From the NCBI RefSeq assembly GCF_001194135.2, contig NC_068996.1:52817232-52881231 (forward strand): a stretch of 64,000 bases of DNA, read 5' to 3'. This DNA is from Octopus bimaculoides. Taxonomy: Eukaryota. The position numbers and the translations under genes were made by a program. The first letter of the stretch is position 1, and the number at the start of each line of letters is the position of its first letter. The notes beneath the pieces are model-generated. The model searched no databases and had not been told where the DNA came from. It saw only the letters and a program-made list of their open reading frames with translations. Positions 12,261 to 24,887 of this stretch are shown here, in pieces.

Positions 12261-12680
12261 TAAAAAGGGACAGACAGAATAATCCTACAAAGGGACAGAT
12301 AGAATAAGCCTAGAAGTGGACAGATAGAATAATTCTAAAAAGGGACATATAGAATAAGCCTAGAAAGGGACACAGAATAAGCTTAGAAAGAGGAAAGAAT
12401 AAGCCTAAAAAGGGACAGAAAGAATAAGCCTAGAAAGAGACAGAGAATAAGCTTAGAAAGGGACAAAGAATAAGCCTAGAAAGGGACAGATAGATTAAGC
12501 CTTGAAAGGGACAGATAGAATAAGCCTAGAAAGGGACAGATACAATAATCCTAAAGAGGAATAGATAGAATAAGCCTAGAAAGGGCCATTAGAATAAGTC
12601 TAGAAAGGGACAGATTGAATAAGCATAAAAAGGGACAGATAGAATAATGCTAGAAAGGGACAGATAGACTAGCTTTAAAA
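12261..12680. repeat. Purine-rich minisatellite, about 24-25 bp unit (aagggacagatagaataagcctaga), roughly 17 copies
   Basis: Direct inspection; lies between two halves of a family B SINE. Confidence 0.9.
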
Positions 12681-14029
12681 AAAGTACTATAGTTGTATTA
12701 TTTGATTAAAAACTTCTTCAAGGTGGTGCTCCNNNNNNNNNNCTTCTGTAGTATGTCACAGTCTAATGGCTGAAACAAGTAGAAGATAAAAGAAATAGAT
12801 GTGATATTTGAAGAGAAATTTAGTGGAGCATCAGACAAGCTCTTATGGTTTACTTATTAGTAAAACTCAGCATTTCCACCAGCTGTGCTTTCAATATTGA
12901 TTCCAGATAAAAAGTGCAAGGCAACGATTTTGAGATAAATTTAAATGTGTCACCAGTTGAAATATGTCTGAGAGATATTTTTATGTACTATAGCATAGAA
13001 ATAAGAAAGTAGTTTTGTACCTTAGCTTCAAATAATATAAACAGATTAGAGGAAATTGAGATGGTCGTAACCTAGTTTTTGACAGAAAAACACATTAACA
13101 GACACGAACAGATTTTAGCCCTTGGCCTATCAGTCAAAGGTCAAAGCTAACTCCACCACAATAATCACTACAACATATCAAATATATGATAACTGCAGCA
13201 AGTATTAAAGTATTAGCAGTTTCTGGTTTGACCAGCTGCCACAGGCTGTTGTCAGCACAAACGCACATTGATACAAATAGAAAAACTATAGATTTTTGTC
13301 CGTCAAGAAGATCATTTTAAGCATTTTTCTTAATATTTCATCAGGATCAATAGTGACCCAGTCTAAGTCTCTCATAAGTAATAAATGAAGTTTTTCTTGA
13401 TCTCAGTTCTCTCAACCACTTCAATAGCTTTATTTCACCTTCTATCATGGACTCCCAAATGACTGTCATCATCACCATCATTCAATGTCTGTTTTTCCAC
13501 GCTGGCATGGGTTGGACGATTTGACATGAGCTGTTCAGGCTCCATGCCTGTTTCGGTATGGTTTCTATGGCTGGATGCCCTTCCTAATGCCAACCACTTT
13601 ACAGAGTGTACTGGGTGGTTTTATGCAGCACTGGCAAGGGTACTTTTTATGTGGCACCAGCACCCACGAGCCCACAAGATTAGGATCACTCAGCTGAAGT
13701 GGGATGCAGGGGACAAGCCTGTTTGCAAGGGCAACCATGATTTTACTTAGCTTCATGTGTCTTCTCAAGCACAGTAAACTGCCACATGTTTCAGTCCCTT
13801 ATCAACCCCTCTGTGAGTCCCAAAATCTGTAGCTCCTTTCTCACCACTTCATCTGTCACTTATTCTTGGGTCTACCCCTTATATATGTTCCCTCTACAAT
13901 TAGAGATCAACACTTCTTCATTCAACTGTCTTCATTCATACAGTATATCAAAAAATATGGTTTGCTCTTTTCAATAGTAACTGAAACTGATGCTTCAAAC
14001 AGAAGTGCAATAAAGAATTTCCCAATACT

Positions 14030-14235
14030 TCAGAGATGCTTTCATTTTAAGAAGGAAATTCCACATGTGATATGCCACTTGATTTTTACGATAATGAATC
14101 ATAAGAGAAAACTACTTATGAAACTGGAGATATCAGTTCTGGACCTGAATAAAGTGTCTTCTGGATAGACACAACATTATTTATCAAGAAGTGAAAATAG
14201 CTCAGATTAAAGATTATTCCTACAAATTGTCAACT
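14030..14235 (+). mobile_element. Mariner fragment related to 19330-19500
   Basis: Shares ataatgaatcataagagaaaactact..tgaaactggagatatcag..ctggacctgaataaagtgtcttctggata. Confidence 0.6.
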
Positions 14236-15272
14236 ATATATTTTGCATAATGCAACAGAATTTGCCACAGGAAAACTGAAATTTGATGTTGAAAATACTA
14301 AGCTCAAAGTGTAGTCATTTCAACATTTGAGCTTAAAAGAACAATATAACCCTCTAGCATTTGATCAGATTACATCCAGCCCATATACCCTACCTATTTC
14401 ATGTTCAAATTGGCTGTGTCTAGCCTCTCATACCTACCCTACAATGTCATTGTAAAAATAAACAATCACATCATCAAAATCGCTAAACTACAAAATAATG
14501 CACGACTCAGTCAAAACAATGCAAACAAATAAGAATTACATTTGACAGAATAATCCTTAACGCTGAAGAAATAAAAGGAATTTTAATGAATTCATGGCTG
14601 TTGATGGTTGCAGTTTGTGGTGATATGTTGTAACTAGAATAAGATAGCTCTCTCTTTTGCCATCTAAGTAATAGGAAGTCCTAAAATGTTATTTTCAGTC
14701 TATATGAGAAGGAATTTCCTCTACCTCACCATTTATAAAGGGTCACTTCTTAGATGAAGGGAATATCTGTGAATTACCACAAATTTATTTCTTCTTCAGT
14801 CTCAAACTTAAATTCTTCTGACACCATTGAAGAAGTAAAAGCCAAGTCATTCAGTATAGCTTCAATATTTAGCCTAATGGCTCAACTGAGAAGCAAATTT
14901 GAGAGAAGAATAAAGGAGTGACATTTTGCTGTTGCAGCAAATACCAAGCTTAGCCAGTTTACTCCTAGTGTATCAAAGAAATGAGAAGCAGATTTCATTG
15001 TTGTCTTTGAAGGAGCTATAAAGTACATAAATAACATGTATGATTTGCTACAAAAACTTTTCATAACTAATTATTAAAACTTTGCCAAACAGGTGCCAAT
15101 TCTTTTAGAAAATTCTGTAATGCAGCGAACACCTGCAGCCCTTAAAATATTGAAAAGGATGAATTTTAGGAAGTGTATTGCATTGTAGAGGCAATTATCA
15201 ATACTCCTGAGATGATAGATAGTCATAGTAAAGGACATTATCTCTTTGTGTGTGTGTGTGTATGTATGTATG

Positions 15273-15304
<32 letters not shown>

Positions 15305-15322
15305 TATATATACACATATATA

Positions 15323-16060
15323 CAGGGTGTGATGGGTAAATTGTTGCCATTTTATATTTTTAATTTCACACATGCACATTGTTTGTGTTTGATTTTGTCA
15401 ACTACACAGTAGGGTCAGTTGGGCACTGTCTATAAGAAAAACAGCACCATGATGCAATTCACTCAGCAGAAATTTGGAAACGACATGCTGTATTGCTTAG
15501 CATTCACACTGGAAGCTCCTATATGAACATTTCAGACTATTTGGGTATCAGTCTGAGGACATATACCCAGAGTGATAAAAATCAAACATCCAGTCAACAT
15601 CATGGTGTTTGGAGTGATCACTAGTGATGGCGACATTATGCCTCCATTTCTCTTCCCATACGGTGTCACACTCAACAGAGAAGCTTACATCAAATGCCTG
15701 GAGGAGGTAGTACTGCCCTGGTTCAAGAGGGTGGCTGCTGGAAGATGTTATGTTTGGCAACAGGGCTCTGCACCATGGCACACAAGCAGGAGGACCCAGT
15801 CGTGGCTGTCAGAAAATTTCTGCAACCACACCACTCCTAACATTTGGCCACTTAACTCCTCAAACTGGGACACCCTTGATTATTATGTTCAGTGAGGGAC
15901 CAACAAAACTCCTTGTAGCACCAAAGACAAACTGAAGGCAAGGATTATGGCAGCATTCACCAACTTAAAAAAGGAGACCATCCAGAAGAGTTATTGGGAT
16001 ATATATAGAGCTATGAAAGTATGGATGTCATGTTGGGCCCCCACTGGTTCAGCCCATCAT
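15323..16060 (+). mobile_element. Internally deleted maT/DD37D-like transposon (transposase C-terminal half)
   Basis: TA-cagggtg start; KHPVNIMVFGVITSDG...YVWQQGSAPWHTS...IWPLNSSNWDTLDYY matches the ITm catalytic motifs, with the Asp of QQD mutated. Confidence 0.85.
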
Positions 16061-16202
16061 TTTACAGTTATTTGTTTAGATTATGTCACTCTAATTGGAG
16101 TCTATATTATCATAATAATATATAATTGTAGTTATTATTGTATAAAGACCTATGTAGTTGCTCTTCTCGTAATTTATCAGCCTTCAGGCTTGTTTGCAAA
16201 TT

Positions 16203-16257
<55 letters not shown>

Positions 16258-16427
16258 GCACAGGAGTCAGGAGTGGCTGTGTGGTAAGTAACCTGCTTAC
16301 CAGCCACATGGTTCCAGGTTCAGTCCCACTCGTATGGCACCTTGGACAAGTGTCTTCTACTATAACCTCAGGCCAATCAAAGCCTTGTGAGTGGATTTGG
16401 TAGACAGAAACTGAAAGAAGCCCGGTG

Positions 16428-16462
<35 letters not shown>

Positions 16463-17013
16463 GTATATATATATCATCATTGATTAACATTCATTTTCCA
16501 TGCTGGCATGGGTTGGATGGTTTGACTGATGTCTGGAGAGCCAGCGGCTGCACCAGACTCCAATCTGATCTGGCAATGTTTCTACAGCTGGTTGCCCTTC
16601 CTAACGTTAACCACTCCGAGAGTGTAGTGGGTGCTTTTTACATGTCACAGGCACAGGGGCCAGTAAGATAAGCCTGGCAACGATGACGTTTAGGTGGCGC
16701 TTTTTATGTGCCACCAACACAAGAGCCAATCACAGGGCATTGACGTTGGTTGGTGCTTTATGCGTGTGTGTATGTTTGTGTGTCTGTGTTTGCCCCCCCA
16801 ACCATCGCTTGGCAACCGATGTTGGTGTGTTTATGTCCCCGTAACTTAGCAATTTGGCAAAAGAGACTGATAGTATAAGTACTAGGCTTACAAAGAATAA
16901 GTCTTGGGTCGACTTGTTTGACTAAAGGTGGTGCTCCATACTGGCCACAATCAAGTGACTGAAACAAGTAAAAGAATAAAAGTATATACATATATGTATG
17001 TATGTTTATGTAT

Positions 17014-17470
17014 ATGGGTGGTGTTCAGGCTAAATTTGATGATTTTTTTTTATATTCCTTTTTATGAAGAACAGCTTGATAAAACAGTCAACAGCATTGG
17101 ACAGCATAAAGATTAAAGTTGTAGTTGAGAAAAAGTTAGCTGACATGGGAAATGAGAAGCCAAGTAAATATTGGAACAGAGTTACCTGTATCATGAGGAT
17201 TCGCTCTGGGTATCAAAATGCTGACATCATGACTGCTGCTCAATGCACTTTGAACGCTGCAAAGGCTGTGAAATGTGACATGGATCAGCTACAACAAAAA
17301 CTATAAAGATGTGGCCAACAGGAATGGACACAGCAAGAGTTCTGACTGCATGTGCAGACCAGAATTTATACAACAGCTGCAGGACAAGGTAATGGGAGAC
17401 CTGAGCAAGGGAATCCAAGCTTTGGTGAGAGAGAAGATTGTAGGAGTTGCCTCCATGATGCTGGCCCTGA
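17014..17470 (+). mobile_element. Left part of the same maT-like family (N-terminal transposase remnant)
   Basis: MGNEKPSKYWNRVTCIMRIRSGYQNADIMTAAQCTLN; homologous to 9850-10687. Confidence 0.75.
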
Positions 17471-17879
17471 ATGTTATCTATTTGTGAAATCTATGGTTCT
17501 TTTTACAAACCTGAAGAAGACGAGTGCTTATGTCTTTTCTGTTCTATACAGCAATGGTCACACTTAGTGAATTTTTTTCAGTGGGGAACTCAGTTGGGGA
17601 ATCAAATGAAGCTGTCTGCAAGTGAACTCATTCAAAGCAGAAGAGTGCCCAGCCATGGGCAGAAATAAAGGGCAGAAATATACATAAATAAAAAGTGATA
17701 GCATGAAATTTCAACTCAGACTCAATGACCAGAGTTAAAAGAAAATATTCAGAATAATGAATAACTGAGTGGGAGAAATCACTGATTAATGATTGAATGG
17801 CTTGGTTTTTGCTGGATTAAAATAAGCATAAAATAGCATGTTAGAATTTTCATATAATATATAAATAATAATAAATGTG

Positions 17880-18115
17880 CCCTTTTAAAGCCTAGCCAAG
17901 CTCATGGGCCCGGTTTCCCGGTTTCAATGGCATATGTGTTCCCCAGCTGCCAGTCCATCGCAGCGTTACTCATTTTTGCCAGCTGAGTGAACTGCAGCAA
18001 TGTGATATGAAGTGTTTTGCTCAAGAACACAATGCGTCGCTTGGTCCAGGAATCGAAACTACAATCTTACGATCATGATCCTGACACCCTAACCACTAAG
18101 CCACGTGCCTCCACA
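17880..18115 (-). mobile_element. tRNA-headed SINE (family C)
   Basis: Head gtggaggcacgtggcttagtggttagg...gtttcgattcc (A/B-box-like); core gttcttgagcaa.acactt.atttcacgttgctcca shared with 21580-21925 and 36078-36310. Confidence 0.8.
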
Positions 18116-18729
18116 TTTTCATATAATATAGAATAAAGCAAAAGTGATTATTTATTGTTTTTCTATGTTTAAATTGTATAAAATAAAAAATTAAAATGTG
18201 ATATAAATGAGTGTGTGTGTGTGTGTGTGTGCATTTGGTAACCTATGATTATATATGCAATATCCTCCATTTCAGGACTACCATGTGTGCCACAACCTTA
18301 TTTTCTGTAATCTGAAAATGACCACACTAATTTGAAGATAAAACAGAAACAAGGTATAGAATTTAGGAGACCTGTTTGGTGAGGCTGTCAATCAATGGTA
18401 ATTTTGATGCTTTGTTGGGTGGACCTTCAAGAAAGTTGGTACATGTTATAAGACTTGTCAATGTTAACTTTTAACCTGTAATCTTCAAATATTGTGACCC
18501 AAGAGTCTCTTATATGTCAGTGAGTTCAATCATGATTAATTACATAATTGTTATCTGCATGTCTGAAATGGTGCTTGTCAGTGTTTTAAACTTCAACACA
18601 AAATATATGAGGGCAAGTCAGAAAACAATGCAGTTTTTATCATAAGAGTCATTTTTTTAAATGAAATTATTTGATTAGAAAATTATTATTTCTAATTCTC
18701 ACAACATGAGATATTCAACAACAGTACTT

Positions 18730-19046
18730 TGGAGTAAAGATTGTTTGCCAACATAACATGGCAGTCCTGGTTTAGGATGAATGTTGCTGTAATTTAGCCC
18801 CAGGAGACATTGTCTCTAGCTGGCTATATGACACGATCTGTCGCTATATTTTTGAACAAGGGAATCTAGCACCCCCACTCAGCTCAAAACAATATGTCGC
18901 GAATTCTGGGTTATTTCCCTTTGAAGATATGACACAGATCGTGTTGTATAGCCAGCTGGAGATGATGTCTCCTGGAGCTAAATTACACCAACGTTAGTCC
19001 TAAACCAGGACTGCCATGTTATGTTGGCAAGCAATCTTTTCTACAA
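18730..19046. mobile_element. Foldback (long-TIR) element with about 135-bp arms
   Basis: gtaaagattgtttgccaacataacatggcagtcctggtttagga... is inverted at 18915-19044; a shorter copy lies at 59905-60049. Confidence 0.88.
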
Positions 19047-19119
19047 ATTATTTGATGTTTAGTACAAATGTAATGGAACATATATTCCTGGTCAATAATT
19101 ATTAATTTTTATTTTTTTA

Positions 19120-20110
19120 CCAGATACATGAATAAATGAGCCATTTTCAAAATGGCTGCCCTGCTAGAAGCCTGTCAGAAGTAAAAAGTAGTGACTGAAT
19201 TCCTGAAGGAGAAATTCTTGTAAGCATTTACAAAAGACTGAAAAATGTTTACAAATATAAAACTTTAAACTAGAGCAATAAGTGGAGGTGGGCACACTGC
19301 CTTAATGACAATTCCAACAGACCAAAAAAGATTTTCATTTTAAGAAGGAAGAGCCATTTGGTTTTTACAATAATGAATCATAAGAGAAAACTACTAATGA
19401 AACTGGAGATATCAGGTCTGGACCTGAATAAAGTGTCTTCTGGATAGGCACATTATCAAAAACTGAAAATGACTCAAATAAAACATTAATCTTGCAAATT
19501 GTCGACATGCTTTGTAGTGACTGATCGTCAACTGTCAAACTTGTCAACAAGGAAAAAGCAGATGCTTTAATTAAAGCCGGTAAATGCATAACCATTGATG
19601 AGCTGGCATCAGAACTTGGAGTTAGCCATGATAGTTCTCAAGACATTATTGAGTCACTTGGATATTGAAAAGTGTGGTCAATGAGAGGGTAATTGTTGCA
19701 CTGTGCTCCTTGAACTTAGCAAAAGACAGAACCTTCTTCAAAGGCTCATAACAAGTGGTGAAACTTGGATTCATCATTGTAAACCTGAATCAAAAAGACA
19801 ATCAATGGAATTGTATCATCCAGTGTCTCTAAAGACAAGAAAGTTCAAAGCAGAAAGTCAACTGGAAAAATCATGGTGGCTATCTCTTGGGATGCTCAAG
19901 GTGTTATTCTTATCGAGAAGAGAAACAGATAACTTTAAAAGCAGACATTGAGATCCTTAAAAGACTTAGAGCAAGAATTTACTGTGCAAGATATGGAGAC
20001 AGATAAAATGCTTCAACACGGCAAACCTCAGAACAAGGGAGGCAATCACTTCTTTTGGGTGGACATCTCTGTCACATCCTCCTTACTCGACTTATCACTC
20101 TCAGATTCCC
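19120..20110 (+). pseudogene. Degenerate mariner (DD34D) transposase
   Basis: LLQRLITSGETWIHHCKPESKRQSME matches the (V/I)TGDETWVHHY.PESKRQSMEW motif; many frameshifts. Confidence 0.88.
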
Positions 20111-21472
20111 ATTGAACCAGAGATGCGAATCTGAGAGTGTTAACTTGAGAGGGGAGGGCGTGCAGGAAAGATCAAGGAATGGACCCTAAATTTTTCACTT
20201 GGTTCAATATTAACTCTCATCTACATAATACATACCTCTGTACATAGAAGCTTTTTCAGACCACCCTAGTTATTCACCTACTCCTAGCTTTCTTAATACC
20301 TACCAGATCATTAGAATGAGGGGCTCTGTTGCAGGCCTTCTCTTGGTCTATAATTGCTGTGTATAGAGAGATTTACTTCTAGCTAAGTATTTCTCTTGCA
20401 GTTATCTCATTAGAAAGATATCATCAATGGTACCACTTCTTCATACAAATTTATACCATTTCTAATCAATTTTGCAAAAGCTTTTTCTGTAATTTCCATG
20501 ATGTATCTTACAATTTGATACCCTTGTTATTTCCTCCCTCTAATGCATTATCTCTCCTGTTGTAACAATTTACTATAATTCTGCTAACTGGTCTCTCTGT
20601 TGGGTCTACTTGGAGTAGACTCTCTCTCTCCCATGCATCGTCTTCTCATTGTCGCACACTCATGCCTCTTTCCTGCACACGTTTTACAGTGTGACAACTA
20701 GAGATGCAAAGTATTCAGAATAAAAAGACAGAATATCAGAGAGAATTGAGGTGACATCAAGAAGTGTATACAGATTAACAGTGGTGCATTTACTGTCACT
20801 CACACCAGCACCAGTTATTCTGTAAACTTCAGGTCTCTGATTCTCACACCCTACATGTGGAAACTTCTTTCTTGACATCTGCCTCTTTTTAAATATATGT
20901 TGTCCAGTTTTCTTTTTAGCTTTTTGACATTTGTCTTTGTAACTTCCTTTCTTCCAGTCTTCACAGACCTGTCTAAGCTCATTATATCACTTCGCACGAG
21001 GTGTTGCTCCAACCATATACTTGGTGTGTGGCCTTCAGCAGACTGTCCCATTAGATATGCTTGCATTTGACTATAAGTCTTTATTTCATATCATCAAATG
21101 CTCCAAGAAATACTTCTCTGAACATCTTTTTCATGGTTCTCTAAAATTCCTTATTTTTGTTCTCCAAATTGTCTTGAAACCTTAGCATATCTTGACCATA
21201 TTTTTGTCTCACAACCACTTCAATTCTTTCTGCCATGAAGGAATAAAGTTAATATACCACATGTAAATATTCAAAACAGATTTTTACATTAACACTAAGT
21301 TTAATTCATCCATGACTTATGTCCCATGCACCACAACAAGAGAAACAGTTTTAGCTCTTATTTTGAAATCCATAATCACTATTCTATTTAGGGGAAAGGC
21401 TTAATATTTAGTTACCTGTCTATCTGATTGACTGGTGAGAATGGAAGTCTACCTAACTTTTTGGGTTCACCT

Positions 21473-22092
21473 CAGTGGTTCTCAACCAGGGTTTATATGA
21501 CCCTTGGGGGGGGGGGCAGGAGTCCAAAGAAGATTTTGTTAAAGTTTGGTGCAATAGGTTGGTTATACTTCTACAATATGTGAAGGTGCATGGCTGTGGT
21601 TAGAGCATCAGGCTCACAATTGTGAGGTAGTGAGTTCGATTCCCAGACCGGACTGCATGTTATATTCTTGAGCAAGACACTTTATTTCATGTTGCTCCAA
21701 TTCAACCATGTGTAGAAACGAGTTGCGACGTCACAGGTGCCAAGCTGTATCGGCCCCTTTGCCTTTCCTTTGGATAACACTGGTTGTGTAGAGAGGGGAG
21801 GCCGGTATGCATGGGCGATTGCCGGTCTTCCATGAAACAACCTTGCCCAGATTTGTGCATTGGAGGGGAATTTTCTAGGTGCAGTCCCATGATCATTCAT
21901 GACTGAAGGGAGTCTTTACCCTTTTTACTTCTACAACATACGAGATACTTTAACAATATTTTATACAATTCCTAATAAAATTTAATTATAAAAACAGGGT
22001 TTTTTAAGTAAGTGGCTATGGGGGGTCCATCTGAGTAAAACAAGAATCAAAAGGTCAATAAGCAAAAAAAAAAAAATGGCTGAGAACCACTG
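21473..22092. mobile_element. hAT/Charlie-like MITE containing a nested SINE
   Basis: TIRs cagtggttctcaacc / rc of gctgagaaccactg; no clear 8-bp TSD. Confidence 0.7.
21580..21925 (+). mobile_element. Full-length family C SINE with 14-bp TSD
   Basis: tacttctacaatat (21566-79) and tacttctacaacat (21926-39) flank the element. Confidence 0.85.
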
Positions 22093-22869
22093 ATCTAAGT
22101 TGTAGGTCATCAGGTGGCCAGTTGGTTGCAAATGTTGAAGTCAATTGAATCACAAAACTCCAGTAGACTTGATCCTTTCTCATCCTTGTTACTGGAGTGC
22201 AGATGTGGCTAAGAAGTTTGGGAGCTGTACCAGGCTCCATTATCTGTTTTTACAGCTTGATTCTCTTCCTAATGCCAACCACTTTACAGAGTGTACCAAG
22301 AGCTTTTCACATGGCAACAGCACCAGCGCAGTTTATGTGGCACCCTCATTGACAAGGTCACCAAGTACCTTGTAAGACAAGAAGAGGCAAAACCCCCTCA
22401 ACTGAAAGGGAGGGAACAGTATTAAGGGGTGTGGCTTTGTGCCAGTTGAAAGATTGAAAGTACAGAGATAGTGTCTTGCTGTAGATACATGGATATCCCA
22501 ATTGGAAAAGAAGAGACAGTGATAGAGAGGAGAGGATGATGAAGATGTGTTTGGACATGCCCCAGAGCAGTAATTCTTAATGTTGGGGAATACACTCCAT
22601 TGGTGGGGGTCCCAATTTTTTTTTGGTTTTTTAGAGGGACATGGAATTGTGAAGATTCTTTTTCACAGCAAACACACTACACCAATACTCAGCCAAGCTA
22701 GACCGATCTCTCCAGTCAAGTTTAGTATATGAAGACTGTTTGCTACAGCATAGCACTTTTTTTTTGTAATCAGTACTAAATGAAAGAGTTACTGGTAGAT
22801 TATTTTGTATTAAATAATTGTGATAAAATATAAAATTCTTTTTTTCCAACTACTAGTGCGGTATACATT

Positions 22870-22995
22870 TTTCTGGTAAGTTATAGTGGAGCTTGGAAGA
22901 AAATAAGTTGGGAAACACAATCCTTGAGGGACATTGGAGTAGCGAGAATAGGTGAGGTGATATAGAGGTCTGGACTGGAGAGTGGGTAGGATAGA
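22870..22995 (-). mobile_element. Old CR1/L2-like RT fragment
   Basis: SNVPQGLCFPTYFL resembles GVPQGSVLGPTLF; a similar remnant lies at about 46160-46480. Confidence 0.45.
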
Positions 22996-24296
22996 CAATT
23001 TTCTAAGAGTAAAATCTTTGTCTATTAATGGTCCTATGTTTTGTTTTTTTTTTACCTCTCTCTCTCTCTTCTAAACATTTATCTGTCCTTAAGATTAAAA
23101 CAATTTGGAGTAGTTTTCAAGATACTGATAGCAAAATATTATCTAATCATCTGGCAAAAATTAGTTTTTAATGAAATATCATGGGATATATATCTGGTTG
23201 CTTGTAAAAGCTAGTTTTCTCTACTTTCATATCCAAAAGCCTTGGGAACATACTTTTTTCAGTGGAACCAGCACTTATTTTCATATCAAGAAAATAAACC
23301 AACAATTCAATATATCATCTGCAGGATACATATGTGGCACTGACTTGAGCAAGAGAACTAAGCCACCAGACCATGGATCAAAGGGTACCAGGCTGCACAG
23401 AAAAAATACATTCCATTCCTATTTAATTTACTATTACAGCCTGCAGGGTATTTTTGCATTATATATACATGTAATTTAGCTTTCATTTCCTGTTTCAGTC
23501 AATAGGCTGCAGCCATGCTGGAGCACAACCTTGATGAATTCCAGTTGAATGAATAAACCCTGATACTTATTCTGATCTCTTTAGTCAAACCACTAAGTTA
23601 CAGGGACATAAACACACCAAGAGTGGTTGGTGAGGGACAAATAGATACATACATGATTGCTTTCTTGCAATTTCCATCCACCAAATCCACTCAAGGCTGA
23701 GACTATAGTTGAAGAAACTTGTCCAAGGTGCCATGCAGTGGGACTTAATCTGGATCATGTGATTAGGAAGCAAGCTTCTTTTTTTTTTTTACCACACCTG
23801 TGCTTATATATATAACTAAATTATACATGTGGTTCCCTGGTCAGTGGAATAATTTTCATGCATGAAACTGGTTCATGGACTTGGATTACTTTAATAACTT
23901 TTTATGAAATGGAAACAATGCAAAGTTAACCGTCATTTTTTTCTAATTTTATTTAATTAAACAGTATATTGCTGATGTGATGTACTAAATGTATGCATTT
24001 ATCACAGATATAGCATTTTGTACCATACTTCTTAATTAAGTTAGCATTACCAATTAATTCCTTTCAAAATGTTTTGTTAGTCTAACAGTAATATTAAGAT
24101 TGTTAAAGGGTAGATAATCCAGTTGAATCAATACACATTTATGAAGTTTTAAAATTTCAACTATAAAGGAAAAAAAAAATCTTAGTTTTCATAAATGGAA
24201 TGATACACAAGCTTCAAATATAATTCAGAAACTATTTTATGGAATAATTTAGAGTTGCAATTTCACAGTATCATTCAGTTATTAAATTTATTTAAC

Positions 24297-24725
24297 ATTA
24301 TTTACATTTGACGGATATTCGTCCTCATCTTGTTTGTTGTTAACACGTTTCGGCTGATATACCCTCCAGCCTTCGTCGGGTGTGTTGGGGAAATTTCGAA
24401 CCTGGGTTCTCATTCCTAAGGTATTTTTAGATATTATGATTCAGATCACTGCTGAAATTGAACTCGGAATCTTGGGGTTAGTAGCCCGTGCTCTTAACCA
24501 CTACGCCATGTGCGTAGTGGTTAAGAGTGCAGGCTACTAACACCAAGATTCCGAGTTCAATTCCAGGCAGTGACCTGAATAATAACAACATTGAAAAATC
24601 CCTTAGGAATGAGAACCCAGGTTCGAAATTTCCCTAACACACCCGATGAAGGCTGGAGGGTATATCAGCCGAAACGTGTTAACAACAAACAAGATGAGGA
24701 CGAATATCCGTCAAATGTAAATAAT
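24297..24725. mobile_element. Head-to-head palindrome of a tRNA-headed, Penelope-tailed SINE-like unit
   Basis: Arms 24297-24506 and 24512-24725 around a 5-nt loop (catgt); tRNA-like gcgtagtggttaagagtgcaggctactaac...gagttcaattcc at the centre. Confidence 0.9.
24636..24680 (+). ncRNA. Degenerate minimal hammerhead-like motif (mirror copy at 24342-24386, minus strand)
   Basis: aacac-ac-CCGATGA-a-ggctg(loop)cagcc-GAAAC-gtgtt: the core differs from CUGANGA at U4, and stem III/cleavage triplet is collapsed. Confidence 0.5.
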
Positions 24726-24866
24726 TCCTCATCTCTTAAATATAGAACTGAAATATATTTAAGTTTGAAAGCAATTTAGATACACAAGAATTTTTTGTAA
24801 ATATAAAAGCTAGAAACATATAATAAAACAAACATTTATAATAAATCAAATAAACGAACACAAACT

Positions 24867-24887
24867 TTTATTACATTTCTTTTTATT
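24867..24887 (-). terminator. Tandem AATAAA poly(A) signals, probable distal end of the Syb 3' UTR
   Basis: Plus-strand tttatt at 24867-72 and 24882-87; U/GU-rich sequence follows on the minus strand (tgtgttcgtttatttgatttatt). Confidence 0.5.

Noticed and set aside
12261-12680. CRISPR-like appearance of the 24-25 bp repeat
   Set aside because: Units are contiguous with no unique spacers, in a eukaryotic context; ordinary minisatellite.
20150-21280. Possible CR1-like LINE 3' remnant on the minus strand, and a possible Penelope-like remnant near 48080-48430
   Set aside because: Motif similarity is too weak to assign without a profile search.
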